Source: Minisyncoccota bacterium | Lineage (GTDB): Bacteria > Patescibacteriota > Minisyncoccia > Phycocordibacterales > CAJBRS01 | Assembly (NCBI GenBank): GCA_017881075.1 | Contig: JADGRH010000003.1 | Location: 682-64,681 of the forward strand | Direction of reading: 5' to 3' | Length of the DNA: 64,000 nucleotides | Part shown: positions 51,237 through 61,152 of the stretch, piece by piece | How positions within the stretch are numbered: position 1 is the stretch's first letter | How the letters are laid out: each line of letters starts with the position of its first letter | Notes under the pieces: generated by a model | Database searches by the model: none | Told to the model about the DNA's origin: nothing | What the model saw: only the letters and a program-made list of their open reading frames with translations | Program-made: the position numbers and the translations under genes

Positions 51237-51482
51237 ATGAAAAAAGTAATTGGCGCTCTCTTTGTTGTCGGTTTTTTACTGGCTGGAACCGCTTCAGCCC
51301 AAACAGGCAACTATTATAATCCCCGAGGGATGATGAGTTATGATTTTAATTCTGGAGGGGGAATGATGGGTGGCTACAATGGTGGTTATTACTGGTTCGG
51401 TTGGGTAACTATGATTTTGGTATGGGCACTACTGATCTTGGGGATAATTGCTCTAGTTAGGTGGTTGAAGAAAAATAAATAA
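51237..51482 (+). CDS. small secreted/membrane Gly-Met-rich protein
   Basis: signal peptide, GMM repeats, C-terminal TM. Confidence 0.7.
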   Translation: MKKVIGALFVVGFLLAGTASAQTGNYYNPRGMMSYDFNSGGGMMGGYNGGYYWFGWVTMILVWALLILGIIALVRWLKKNK

Positions 51483-51512
51483 TATTGGTTAACAAATAGC
51501 TCTGGCCACAAA

Positions 51513-52610
51513 ATGAACATAATTTCTCAGATTGGAACGGCTCTTTTAATGTCTCTGGGAATGTTTTGGCAAGTGGGGTGGAGCTTAGCCCTTGGATTTA
51601 CTATCGCAGCAGTCATTCAAGCGGTTATTCCTAAAGAAAATATCCAAAAGAAGTTTGGTAAAAGTGGTGTTAAAGAAATTGCTCTGGCTACGGGGTTTGG
51701 GGCAATAAGCTCAAGTTGTTCCTATGCAGCAGCTTCAACCAGCAAAGCACTCTTTAAAAAAGGTGCCTCGTTTATATCCTCTATGGCATTTCTCTTTTCA
51801 TCTACCAACCTTGTTTTAGAACTTGGTATCATTCTCTATCTTTTAATGGGCTGGCAATTCGCTGTGGCCGAATGGATTGGCGGTATAGTGCTTATTTCTA
51901 TTATGGCCCTCTTAGTAAAAGCTACATATCCAAAGAACATTATTGAAGAAGCCCGCCATCATCAAGAAGAGAGAAATGAACACGACCACCACCAGGCCCA
52001 AGCTGACGGCAGATCATTTTGGGAAAAAATAAAGACAAAAGAAGCTCGGATTGCAATTTCTCAGAACTTTATAATGGAGTGGTCAATGCTTCAAAGAGAC
52101 TTAATCATTGGATTTCTTATTGCCGGATTTGTCGCAGTGTTTGTGCCGCACAGCGTCTGGGGTATTCTTTTCTTAAAAGGTTCATCATCAACTCTACAGG
52201 TTGTTATAAGTGCCTTAATTGGTCCAATAATTGCTATTCTGACATTTGTTTGCTCGATTGGTAATGTTCCACTAGCTGCCATTCTATGGTTCCAGGGAAT
52301 GAATTTTGCAGGGGTGTTATCTTTCTTATATGCAGACCTAATAGTTATTCCCTTACTATCTGTATATAAAAAGTATTATGGCTGGAAGTTGATGTGGTAC
52401 ATCCTTGGTATTTTTTTTATCACAATGGTGCTGACAGGATTGATTATGTTTGTGCCTTTTGCTCTGCTTCACCAGATACCAAATCCAACAGGTAATATTC
52501 AAGCAGAACTTACGCAGTTTAGTTTTAATTATACCTTCTGGCTTAATATTATTTTTGCCTTGGTTGTCTCATATTTCCTCTACCTCGTATCTTTCAGCAG
52601 AAAAGCGTAA
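51513..52610 (+). CDS. DUF318/ArsP family permease (metal-related)
   Basis: SSCSY, FVCSIGNVP, His-rich loop. Confidence 0.85.
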   Translation: MNIISQIGTALLMSLGMFWQVGWSLALGFTIAAVIQAVIPKENIQKKFGKSGVKEIALATGFGAISSSCSYAAASTSKALFKKGASFISSMAFLFSSTNLVLELGIILYLLMGWQFAVAEWIGGIVLISIMALLVKATYPKNIIEEARHHQEERNEHDHHQAQADGRSFWEKIKTKEARIAISQNFIMEWSMLQRDLIIGFLIAGFVAVFVPHSVWGILFLKGSSSTLQVVISALIGPIIAILTFVCSIGNVPLAAILWFQGMNFAGVLSFLYADLIVIPLLSVYKKYYGWKLMWYILGIFFITMVLTGLIMFVPFALLHQIPNPTGNIQAELTQFSFNYTFWLNIIFALVVSYFLYLVSFSRKA

Positions 52611-53761
52611 CGCAGGCCAATTAACATAATCAGACCGAGGACAAGGAAGCTATATTTGAAGTCAAGGAAAAAAAGTGCCAGCCCCGCCAGCGCTGGCACA
52701 AAAATAAAAGGAAGATTCCTGGTTAGTCGAAAAAGACCGATCAGATGAATATTGACCAGGCTCACTTTCTTGAAAAAATAAGTCTCTGCCGAGATTTCAA
52801 TAAAACTAGCTCCGACCCTGGTAATAAAAAGCAGAACGGTCCAAAGGAGGAAATTGGCGCCGTTTATGTAGGGAATGAGAATGGTGGACACGGCCAGAAT
52901 TATAAAACCGATGATTAGTATCTCTTGCTCGCCATATTTTTTGTCCGCCAAGCGTCCGAGCGGAATCTGAAAAAAGACAAAGGGTAGGAGCATAATACTG
53001 AACATTATACCGATTGCCGGCCAACCGAAGCCAATGTAATTGTGGAGATAGATGGGCATATAAATAACCATCCAGGCGTAGTAGAAATTAAGCAAGAAGT
53101 TATCAAAAAGAATGTCGTAAACGTCCGGATTACCCATCACTTCTTTGGAAAGATTTTTAGAGTTGGTTTCGTGATAGATAGGATCTTTAAAATTTTTGAA
53201 AGTGGTAAGGATGATATAAAAGAGAGGAATAAGGAAAACTGCCCCGACAATATATACTTTCCAATATTCAGAAGCACCAAGAATGAGCCCAACCACGAGT
53301 GGCACTATTACCGGCGGAAGGCTAAGCATAGTCAGGAACATCCCCCTAATACTGCCGGTTTCCTCATCTCGGGAATAATTTTCTAAAAAAATATCTAAAT
53401 TGAAAAGAATAATCGGACTAATGGCTTGGGAAAAGATAAAGAAAAAACCGACTATGTAAATATTGCCGCCGAAAGCGATGCCGAGGAGCGAGGCAAATTC
53501 GAGGGCAATCAGCACTAGCATTAACTTGTAATTGCCCAGACGATTCAAAATCTTCCCAATGTTTATAAAGACAAAGAGATTAATGAAAGCGCCTACGCTG
53601 TAGAAAAGACCGACCGCTGAGCTCTTAACATAAAGATTTAAGTAGCTGGAGTTGATGAAATAAATAAAAAAGAAATGGATGGAAAAGAATAGAGCGGAGG
53701 CATAAATAAGAGCGAAGAGGCGAACAGTCTTCGGTTTATAAAGCACGGGCTCTTGGTCCAT
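52580..53761 (-). CDS. MFS transporter
   Basis: 12 TMs, GRLADKKYGE. Confidence 0.85.
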   Translation of the reverse strand: MDQEPVLYKPKTVRLFALIYASALFFSIHFFFIYFINSSYLNLYVKSSAVGLFYSVGAFINLFVFINIGKILNRLGNYKLMLVLIALEFASLLGIAFGGNIYIVGFFFIFSQAISPIILFNLDIFLENYSRDEETGSIRGMFLTMLSLPPVIVPLVVGLILGASEYWKVYIVGAVFLIPLFYIILTTFKNFKDPIYHETNSKNLSKEVMGNPDVYDILFDNFLLNFYYAWMVIYMPIYLHNYIGFGWPAIGIMFSIMLLPFVFFQIPLGRLADKKYGEQEILIIGFIILAVSTILIPYINGANFLLWTVLLFITRVGASFIEISAETYFFKKVSLVNIHLIGLFRLTRNLPFIFVPALAGLALFFLDFKYSFLVLGLIMLIGLRYAFLLKDTR

Positions 53762-53798
53762 GCTTTAATTATATATGATTATATGGAGTGAGCCATCT

Positions 53799-54521
53799 CT
53801 ACCGTATTTTCAATTTTGTCTTCACCACCATCATGTCATCTCTCAAAATATCAAATTGATTGATCCAGTAATAACCCAATCTATCTTCTAGGTCAGTAAG
53901 GTCTTCCTTGGTTGCCATTTTACTGGAAATCTCATTAATTTTTCCATCAATCCTTTCTTCCGTATGCGCCATATTCTCATAGACTTGAATGAAACCATTA
54001 GCAGTGATGCGGGCTAGGTTATCGATTTCTCTACTCAGATCATCTTTTGTTGCAAACGATTTAAGATCCTCTCTTGTTGCAAAATGTTTAAGATCATCTT
54101 TTGTTGTAAACGATTTAAGATCCTCTCTTGTTGCAAAATGTTTAAGATCATCTCTGGTCGCAAACGATTTAAGATCATTTTTGGTAGCAAACGGTTTAAG
54201 ATCATTTCTTGTTGTAAAATGTTTGAGATCATCTTTGGTCGCAAACGGTTTAAGATCATTTCTTGTTGTAAAATGTTTGAGATCATCTTTGGTAGCAAAC
54301 GGTTTAAGATCATTTTTTGTCGTAAATCCTTTTAAATCATCCTTAATGACCATGACCTTGGTCATTCCATCGATCTTTATTGCTAGGTCTTTCACGGTTA
54401 GGGCCAAACTCTTGGTCGTTGCCGCCAAATCATCGGTTTTGGCCGCTAGTCCTTTAACAGTTACGGCCAGACTATCAGTGGTCTTTGCCAAACCTTCCAT
54501 AGTTATAACTTTTTTCTTCAT
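53799..54521 (-). CDS. coiled-coil protein with ATKDDL nonad repeats
   Basis: ~11-12 copies of F(A/T)T(K/R)xDLKx. Confidence 0.8.
   Translation of the reverse strand: MKKKVITMEGLAKTTDSLAVTVKGLAAKTDDLAATTKSLALTVKDLAIKIDGMTKVMVIKDDLKGFTTKNDLKPFATKDDLKHFTTRNDLKPFATKDDLKHFTTRNDLKPFATKNDLKSFATRDDLKHFATREDLKSFTTKDDLKHFATREDLKSFATKDDLSREIDNLARITANGFIQVYENMAHTEERIDGKINEISSKMATKEDLTDLEDRLGYYWINQFDILRDDMMVVKTKLKIR
54040..54345 (-). repeat. 27-nt coding tandem repeat
   Basis: repeated tttaagatc blocks at 27-nt period. Confidence 0.9.
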
Positions 54522-54621
54522 GTTTTTGTTCTCTCAATTATATGAATATTAAATCTGCTGACAATATTGACAGCCTAAATAATATCTATCCGAGATGAAA
54601 TTTCGCTAAAGAATTCTTAAA

Positions 54622-56628
54622 TTATACTCCCAATAATACAGGTATAACAATCGGCCGTTTGGCGGTTTTTTGGAATAAGAATTTGCTGACGGCGTCGGTG
54701 AGATTGTTTTTGACGTAATCGAAATTAATTGGGTGCATTCCCTCGGTGTTATCTTCAATGGTTTTTTTAATCAAGAAGCGGGCTTGGCGAAGAAGATCCT
54801 GTGATTCACGAAGATAGACGGAACCGCGAGAGATGATGTCAGGAGACTTTTTCAATTTGCCGTTGGTTGCGTTTACTAGGGCGATGATCACAAAAATGCC
54901 ATCTTGAGAAAGGATCTGACGATCTCGAATAACCACTTCCTGAATGTCTCCGATTGAGAAACCATCCACCATCACTGTTCCGGATGGGGCTTTTTCTTTC
55001 AACACCTTAATTTTCTGACCTTTATCTTGAATCTCAATAATAGTACCGTCATCGGCTACTACAATATTTTCTTTAGGCACTCCCAAGTTTTCTGCAAGCT
55101 CCGCATGCAGTTTCAGCCGGAAATGATTGCCATGAACGGGGATGAAGAATTTTGGTTTCAGTTTTCGATGTAGCCACTCTATCTCGCCGCGATTACCGTG
55201 GCCAGTGGAGTGAATATAAACATCGGAGGTCTGAATGGAAATAATCTTTGCTCCAAGTCGCGCCAGGTTGTCTTTCAGTTTCTCCACAGACCTTTCATTC
55301 CCTGGAATAATAGAGGATGACAGTAGGACAGTATCCCGATCGTTGATGTGAAAATATTTATGAGTTTTGGTGCCCATTCTCATTAGGGCCGCGAACTCAT
55401 CACCCTGGGCGCCGGTGGCCAAAACTACAATCTTATCCGGGGCATAACCGGTTAGATCTTGGCCGGAAATGACCGTTCCCTTTTTCAATTCCAATAGATT
55501 GGCTTGTACCAGAATGTCAATATTATTTTTCATACTGCGACCCTCAATAACCAGCTTCTTGCCATATTTTTCGCAAGCTTCAATCACTTTTAATATTCTT
55601 AGAATGTGAGAGGCGAACATGCCGATTATTAGCCGTCCTTTAATAGTGCGAATGATTTCATCCAAGTTCTCATGCACCAATGCTTCCGGAGTGGAAAAGC
55701 CCGGATTTTCAATGTTGGTGGATTCGCCGAGAAGTAATAGCACTTTTTCTTTGGCTACGGCACCATAGGCCGCCTCTTCCTCGGCGCTTGGCTTGCCATC
55801 AACGTGAGTTAATTTGAAATCTCCAGGCGTGACGATTTGGCCATATGGAGTGTCGATAACGATTCCCATTGCGTCAGGAATACTGTGAGTGACTCCGAAA
55901 AATCGCACCGAGAGGGAGCCGATTTTGATCTGATCATTTGTTTCTACCACTTTAAAATTAATTGCTGGCAGGTGCGGAAACTCTGATTGCCTTTTTTTAA
56001 TCATTAAGGAAGTAAGATTGCGGGTATAGAGTGGGGGATTACCAATACGATCCATGATGTAAGGTATTCCACCAATATGATCGAGGTGACCATGAGTGAT
56101 AATGACCGCTCTGATTTTTTCCTTCCGTTCTTCCAGATATTTGGTATTTGGCAAGATGTAATCGATGCCGGGGGTGTCCTCCTCTTTAAATTTGAAGCCC
56201 ATGTCGATAACAATGATGTCGCCGTTTATTTCAACGACGGTCATGTTCTTACCGATCTCCTCCACGCCGCCAAGAGGAATAATGCGAATGTTTTCACCCA
56301 CAGGCGGGATTTTACCGGTCTCTTTTCGCCGCTCCTCTTCCATGGGGGAACGGGAACTGAATTTACGCCGAGGGCCCATATCTCTCTTTCGCATATGGGA
56401 TGGTGGCCGTGTCGGCTGATTATGCGGATGAGATTGAGGCTTTCGATGGGGGTTGGTCCGCCCGGGGGAATGTGGGTGGGGAGGAGTGGCCGCAGCCCGC
56501 TCCTTTTGTCGGGCTGCGGCCGCCGCGGCCGCAGCCCCTTCTACTCCTTCCTCCACAATATTATCTCTGACACTCTGAATTGCTTCTTTTAATCCCGGAC
56601 TCGGGTGTTTTCGTCTTGGTCTTCTCAT
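54622..56628 (-). CDS. rnj: ribonuclease J with long N-terminal extension
   Basis: IPLGGVEEIGKNM, THGHLDHIG, THSIPD, ATGAQG, HSTGH. Confidence 0.95.
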   Translation of the reverse strand: MRRPRRKHPSPGLKEAIQSVRDNIVEEGVEGAAAAAAAARQKERAAATPPHPHSPGRTNPHRKPQSHPHNQPTRPPSHMRKRDMGPRRKFSSRSPMEEERRKETGKIPPVGENIRIIPLGGVEEIGKNMTVVEINGDIIVIDMGFKFKEEDTPGIDYILPNTKYLEERKEKIRAVIITHGHLDHIGGIPYIMDRIGNPPLYTRNLTSLMIKKRQSEFPHLPAINFKVVETNDQIKIGSLSVRFFGVTHSIPDAMGIVIDTPYGQIVTPGDFKLTHVDGKPSAEEEAAYGAVAKEKVLLLLGESTNIENPGFSTPEALVHENLDEIIRTIKGRLIIGMFASHILRILKVIEACEKYGKKLVIEGRSMKNNIDILVQANLLELKKGTVISGQDLTGYAPDKIVVLATGAQGDEFAALMRMGTKTHKYFHINDRDTVLLSSSIIPGNERSVEKLKDNLARLGAKIISIQTSDVYIHSTGHGNRGEIEWLHRKLKPKFFIPVHGNHFRLKLHAELAENLGVPKENIVVADDGTIIEIQDKGQKIKVLKEKAPSGTVMVDGFSIGDIQEVVIRDRQILSQDGIFVIIALVNATNGKLKKSPDIISRGSVYLRESQDLLRQARFLIKKTIEDNTEGMHPINFDYVKNNLTDAVSKFLFQKTAKRPIVIPVLLGV

Positions 56629-56640
56629 GATTATTATTGT

Positions 56641-56726
56641 TCTTTAGTGAAGCGGTTGTGACATTTTTGGTGCAGCGCAGCCTTTTTTGAAGCAAACCAA
56701 AAATGTCATAACTGCGGAGCTAAAGA
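56641..56726. repeat. intergenic long imperfect inverted repeat
   Basis: tctttag..gcggttgtgacatttttgg / ccaaaaatgtcataactgc..ctaaaga. Confidence 0.7.
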
Positions 56727-56736
56727 ATTAAACTAT

Positions 56737-58497
56737 TTAATTAGTAAATATTTTCCAAACTTTTTCTGTTTCCAAGTACCACTTTGAAATATCATTGAAA
56801 CGATCGGCTGGAACGGTAATATTGCCCAGTTTCATTCCTCCCAGGTCCTTCGGCACCGCATATATAAAATCTGGCGAATATAGAAAGACTGCCGGCACGT
56901 CATTATCAATCTCCTTTTCAAATTTTCGATAATCATCCAGGGCAATCGCTCTATCCGAAGTAGCTCTAGCTGCCTCAAGGAGCTTGTCTGCCTTGCTGTT
57001 GGTGTAGAGAGCAATATTTAAACCAGGATCAAGCCGCTCTGAAGAGTTCCAGAAACCGTAAATATCCAGACCAGCCGGAATAATTTCACCAAAAAGCAAA
57101 GCGTCATATTTTCTCGGCCGAATGACATTTTGGTTAAGATCGGAGGCCTCAAATATTTTTACTTCAACACTGGCGCCAATCGATTGCCACATCTCTTTTA
57201 CTAAGTTAGCCGTCTTGATCAAATCCGGATTATCCGCAGTGGAAATGGTCAGTTTCAGAGTCTCCGTGGACTTTTTAGAAATCTTTTGCATAACACCGTC
57301 ACTGCCCGGAGTCCAACCCGCCTTAGTTAAAATTTGTTTTGCTTTCCCGATCCGTTCATCGGCGCTTTCTTTTAAGCTGGAAGTGGAATTATTATCCAAA
57401 AGATTTGAAGGAATCGGTTCGGTTACCGCTGTGCCAAAACCGGCCAAAACCTCATTGACGATTCGTTGGCGGTCAACGGCCTCGTTCAAAGCTTGTCGGA
57501 CTTCTGGATGGATTAGAACTTGATCTTCATTTTGATTGAAAAAGATACCAAATACTCGGGGAAGGGGTGTTGTTTTGATCTCAGTATTTCGAGACTTTAG
57601 ATATTGGGTTTGTTCCGGAGAGATACCATTTACAGCCTGGATCTCATTTCTGCCATAAGCATTTATCAAGGCCTCCTCATTACTATAAAAACGAAAGATT
57701 ATGTTTTTAATGTAAGGAGTGCCACCGGCGTAATTGTTAAAAGGCACTAAATGATAATTTTGAGGAAGGCCGGCGCCAGTCGTTTGAAAACCTTTAATCA
57801 TGTAAGGACCGGCGCCGATTGGCTGTCTATTGAGATCACTTAAAGTGAAAGAATCTGCATCGGTTGCCTGGCTCCAAAGATGCTTGGGTAGAATACCAAG
57901 GGTAGTGTTTTGTAGAAAAGGACCATAAGGTTTTTTCAGATGGAATTTTATCTCTTTGGCGTTGATCTTCTCTATGGATACCCCTTGCCAATTAGCGGCC
58001 TTTGGACTATTCAATGCCGGATCCTGGGTTTTAAGAATGGTGAACTCCACATCATCGGCGGTCAAAGGAGCCCCATCCTGAAAAGTAAGATTGTTTTTGA
58101 GAATAAAGGTGTAAGTCAGACCATCGTCTGAAATGTTGTAACTTTCTGCCAGATCAGTGACCACTTCACCTGATGGTGTTGCTCTCATTAAACCGGCATA
58201 AATCAGGGCGGTGAGATCGCGACCCGGATCGGTAATAGCCAAGATCGGATTAATATAACGCGGATAGCCGATAACTCCTTCTTGAAATGTGCCTCCGGCT
58301 ACGGGCACTTCCGATAGAAAGGCATTGTTTACTCCAAGCAGGAGATAGAGAGCGCTTAAACAAAAAAGGCCGAAGAAAAAATAAAAGACCACCCTTTGAC
58401 TTAAATTAAACGAGGAAACAGTTGAAGAAAATTTCTCTGCTGAAGAAATCTCCCATTTCTTTTTAAAGATTTTTTGAAAGGTTATTTGTGATTTCAC
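56737..58497 (-). CDS. family 5 (peptide) ABC substrate-binding protein, TM-anchored
   Basis: DLAESYNISDDGLTYTF.LK..TFQDG.PLTADDVEFT; PIGAGPY. Confidence 0.9.
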   Translation of the reverse strand: MKSQITFQKIFKKKWEISSAEKFSSTVSSFNLSQRVVFYFFFGLFCLSALYLLLGVNNAFLSEVPVAGGTFQEGVIGYPRYINPILAITDPGRDLTALIYAGLMRATPSGEVVTDLAESYNISDDGLTYTFILKNNLTFQDGAPLTADDVEFTILKTQDPALNSPKAANWQGVSIEKINAKEIKFHLKKPYGPFLQNTTLGILPKHLWSQATDADSFTLSDLNRQPIGAGPYMIKGFQTTGAGLPQNYHLVPFNNYAGGTPYIKNIIFRFYSNEEALINAYGRNEIQAVNGISPEQTQYLKSRNTEIKTTPLPRVFGIFFNQNEDQVLIHPEVRQALNEAVDRQRIVNEVLAGFGTAVTEPIPSNLLDNNSTSSLKESADERIGKAKQILTKAGWTPGSDGVMQKISKKSTETLKLTISTADNPDLIKTANLVKEMWQSIGASVEVKIFEASDLNQNVIRPRKYDALLFGEIIPAGLDIYGFWNSSERLDPGLNIALYTNSKADKLLEAARATSDRAIALDDYRKFEKEIDNDVPAVFLYSPDFIYAVPKDLGGMKLGNITVPADRFNDISKWYLETEKVWKIFTN

Positions 58498-58520
58498 GGA
58501 AAGAAAGAAAGCCGGAGAGT

Positions 58521-58751
58521 TTATATAATCAAAGCCAAGAAGGCGGAGATGGTAAATAGGGCGGCAATAACTATGGTAGAAATAAATAAAGTTTGATCAA
58601 AACCACGACGGGTGCGGTGAGCCGAGCTGAAACTATCGCCGCCAAAAGCACCACCAGCAGAAGCGTCGGATTGCTGTAGCAAAATTGCCGTCACCAGTAA
58701 TACGGCTAAAACAATCTCTATATAGGGAAGTATTGGGAGGAGAAACTGCAT
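58521..58751 (-). CDS. secG: preprotein translocase subunit SecG
   Basis: ILLQQ..GGAFGG..TRRG. Confidence 0.9.
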   Translation of the reverse strand: MQFLLPILPYIEIVLAVLLVTAILLQQSDASAGGAFGGDSFSSAHRTRRGFDQTLFISTIVIAALFTISAFLALII

Positions 58752-58818
58752 TTACCCCACTATATCAAATGCCAGTCTGGATTGCAAGCCTCAAAAGAAT
58801 ATATATAATGAGAGACCT

Positions 58819-59139
58819 ATGAAAAAGATAAACAATAAACTCAATATAAGACCATTGGGAGACAAAGTTTTGATTAAGGCCTTAAGTGTTGGTGAGACCG
58901 AGAAAAAGTCCAAATCAGGGATTATTATTCCGGACACCATAGACAAAGAAAAGCCGGAGCAAGGGAGGATTGTGGCTGTGGGAGGGGGTAAATACGACGA
59001 TAGCGGCAAGTTGCTGCCGATGAGTGTAAAAGTGGGCGATCGGGTCCTTTTTTCAAAATATGGTTATGATGAGATAAAAATGGATGGGGAAGAATTTTTG
59101 ATCGTCTCCGAAAGTCAGATCTTAGCAGTAATCAAATAA
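58819..59139 (+). CDS. groS: co-chaperonin GroES
   Basis: RPLGDKV, SGIIIPD, VKVGDRVLFSKY. Confidence 0.97.
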   Translation: MKKINNKLNIRPLGDKVLIKALSVGETEKKSKSGIIIPDTIDKEKPEQGRIVAVGGGKYDDSGKLLPMSVKVGDRVLFSKYGYDEIKMDGEEFLIVSESQILAVIK

Positions 59140-59145
59140 ACAGAA

Positions 59146-60783
59146 ATGGCAAAAAAAATAATCTATAATGAAGAAGCGAGAAAATTACTAAAGAGTGGTG
59201 TTGATCAAGTGGCTAATGCGGTCAAAATAACTATTGGTCCTCGCGGCCGAAATGTGGTTCTTGATAAAGGATACGGCGCTCCTACTATCACCAACGATGG
59301 TGTTTCCATTGCCAAAGAAATCACATTAACGGACAAATTTGAAAATATGGGAGCCGAGATCATTAAGGAAGTAGCGACGAAAACTAACGAAACGGCCGGC
59401 GATGGTACCACCACTTCCGTCATCCTGGCTCAAGCGATCATCAGAGAAGGAATGAAGCATGCCACTATGGGCGTTAATGCTATGGCTCTAAAATCCGGGA
59501 TTGAGAAGGCCACCCTTGATGTAGTGAAAGCTTTGCAGGATATTGCCAAGCCGATAAAAAATAAGGAAGAGATCCGTCAGGTGGCTACTATCTCCGCCGA
59601 ATCGGAAGATATCGGTAAAATCATTGCTTCTACTATTGATAAGGTTGGAAAGGATGGGGTAGTGACGGTGGAAGAATCAGAATCACTCGGTGTCGATTCG
59701 GAAGTAGTACAAGGGTTGGGATTTGATAAAGGATATGTTTCTGCTTACATGATTACCGATTCATCTCGCATGGAAGCCGTATACAACAATCCGGATATCT
59801 TAATTACTGATAAGAAAATAAGCTCAATTAAAGAAATTTTACCGTTGCTTGAAAAGTTGGCTCAAGAAGGTAGAAAGCAGCTTGTAATAATTGCCGAAGA
59901 TGTTGATGGAGAGGCCCTAGCCACTCTGGTGGTTAACAAGCTACGTGCCACCTTTAATACTCTTGCCCTAAAGGCTCCCGGATATGGTGATAGAAAAAAA
60001 GAAATACTGGAAGACATAGCCATTATGACTGGGGGAAAAGTGATTTCGGAAGAGACTGGACTTAAACTTGAAAATGCTGATCTTAATATGCTGGGCCGGG
60101 CTAATCGGATAATAGCCACAAAAGACAACACCATTATTGTCGGCGGAAAGGGCAAGAAAAGCGTTATTCTCGAAAGGGTGGCCTCGCTGAAAAAACAGCG
60201 CCAGGCCACCGACTCCAATTTTGATAAAGAAAAACTTGATGAAAGAATTGCCAAACTCACCGGCGGTGTCGCCGTTATTCGAGTCGGTGCCGCCACCGAA
60301 ACAGAAATGAAATATTTGAAATTGAAAATTGAAGATGCCGTTAACGCTACGAAAGCGGCTATCGCCGAAGGAGTGGTAGCGGGAGGAGGAAGCGCTCTGG
60401 TGCGGGTGGCGGAAAAAATTGGCAAGAGCAAACGGGCTACTGATGGTGGTGAGATGGAGCTTGGCTACAATATAGTCATTCGAGCTTTGGAAGAACCTCT
60501 GAAACAAATTGCCATTAATGCCGGTAAAGACGACGGTTCAGTCATTGTCGACAAGATTAAAAATGCTAAAGGAAATGCCGGCTACAACGCTCTCACCGAT
60601 GAGATTGTTTCCGACATGCTCGCCGCCGGTATCATTGACCCGGTGAAAGTAGCCAGAAGCGCCATTCAAAATGCCTCCAGCGCCGCCGCTCTCCTATTAA
60701 CTACTGAAGTCGCTATCGCCGATCTGCCCGAAGAAAAAAAAGGTGCCACCGGTATGCCAGATATGGGCGGGGGGATGTATTAA
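59146..60783 (+). CDS. groL: chaperonin GroEL
   Basis: GPRGRNV, AGDGTTT, GGGM tail. Confidence 0.98.
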   Translation: MAKKIIYNEEARKLLKSGVDQVANAVKITIGPRGRNVVLDKGYGAPTITNDGVSIAKEITLTDKFENMGAEIIKEVATKTNETAGDGTTTSVILAQAIIREGMKHATMGVNAMALKSGIEKATLDVVKALQDIAKPIKNKEEIRQVATISAESEDIGKIIASTIDKVGKDGVVTVEESESLGVDSEVVQGLGFDKGYVSAYMITDSSRMEAVYNNPDILITDKKISSIKEILPLLEKLAQEGRKQLVIIAEDVDGEALATLVVNKLRATFNTLALKAPGYGDRKKEILEDIAIMTGGKVISEETGLKLENADLNMLGRANRIIATKDNTIIVGGKGKKSVILERVASLKKQRQATDSNFDKEKLDERIAKLTGGVAVIRVGAATETEMKYLKLKIEDAVNATKAAIAEGVVAGGGSALVRVAEKIGKSKRATDGGEMELGYNIVIRALEEPLKQIAINAGKDDGSVIVDKIKNAKGNAGYNALTDEIVSDMLAAGIIDPVKVARSAIQNASSAAALLLTTEVAIADLPEEKKGATGMPDMGGGMY

Positions 60784-60790
60784 CGCTTCG

Positions 60791-60980
60791 CCAAAAGACT
60801 ATTGCGGAACCCGCATAAATCTCTGCTGAGATTTTGCTTAACTCGTCGCTCAAGAAAATTACAGAGTCAAAAAACTCCTACTCCGTCGAACTCGCTTTGC
60901 TCAAACAGTCTCCTCCGTTCTGAAGCTTTTTGACTCTTAATTTTCTAAGCTCCTGCGTGGGTTTCGCAATAGTCTTTTGG
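60791..60980 (+). repeat. ~190-nt nested inverted-repeat (MITE-like) element
   Basis: outer arms ccaaaagactattgcggaacccgc / gtgggtttcgcaatagtcttttgg; inner arms 60853-60873 / 60927-60946. Confidence 0.75.
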
Positions 60981-61001
60981 CTTCGCTTCTACCCAAGATA
61001 C

Positions 61002-61121
61002 GCCGCACCACTACACGAAAACCATGCAATACCCAATAGTCCAGGCTGTTCCCGGAGAGCTCGTGAACGACTTTTCGAGTCAGCAGAGGAGAAAACGTCG
61101 GGCAGGAGCGATGCGGGGGAC
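61002..61121 (+). repeat. ~120-nt dispersed structured repeat, copy 2
   Basis: matches the reverse complement of 36432-36551. Confidence 0.85.
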
Positions 61122-61152
61122 CAGGGTTATAAAAATATGCTAATATAAAAAC

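Noticed and set aside
54040-54345. Regular short repeats resembling a CRISPR array
   Set aside because: The 27-nt units are contiguous with no unique spacers, keep an open reading frame, and no cas genes are present.
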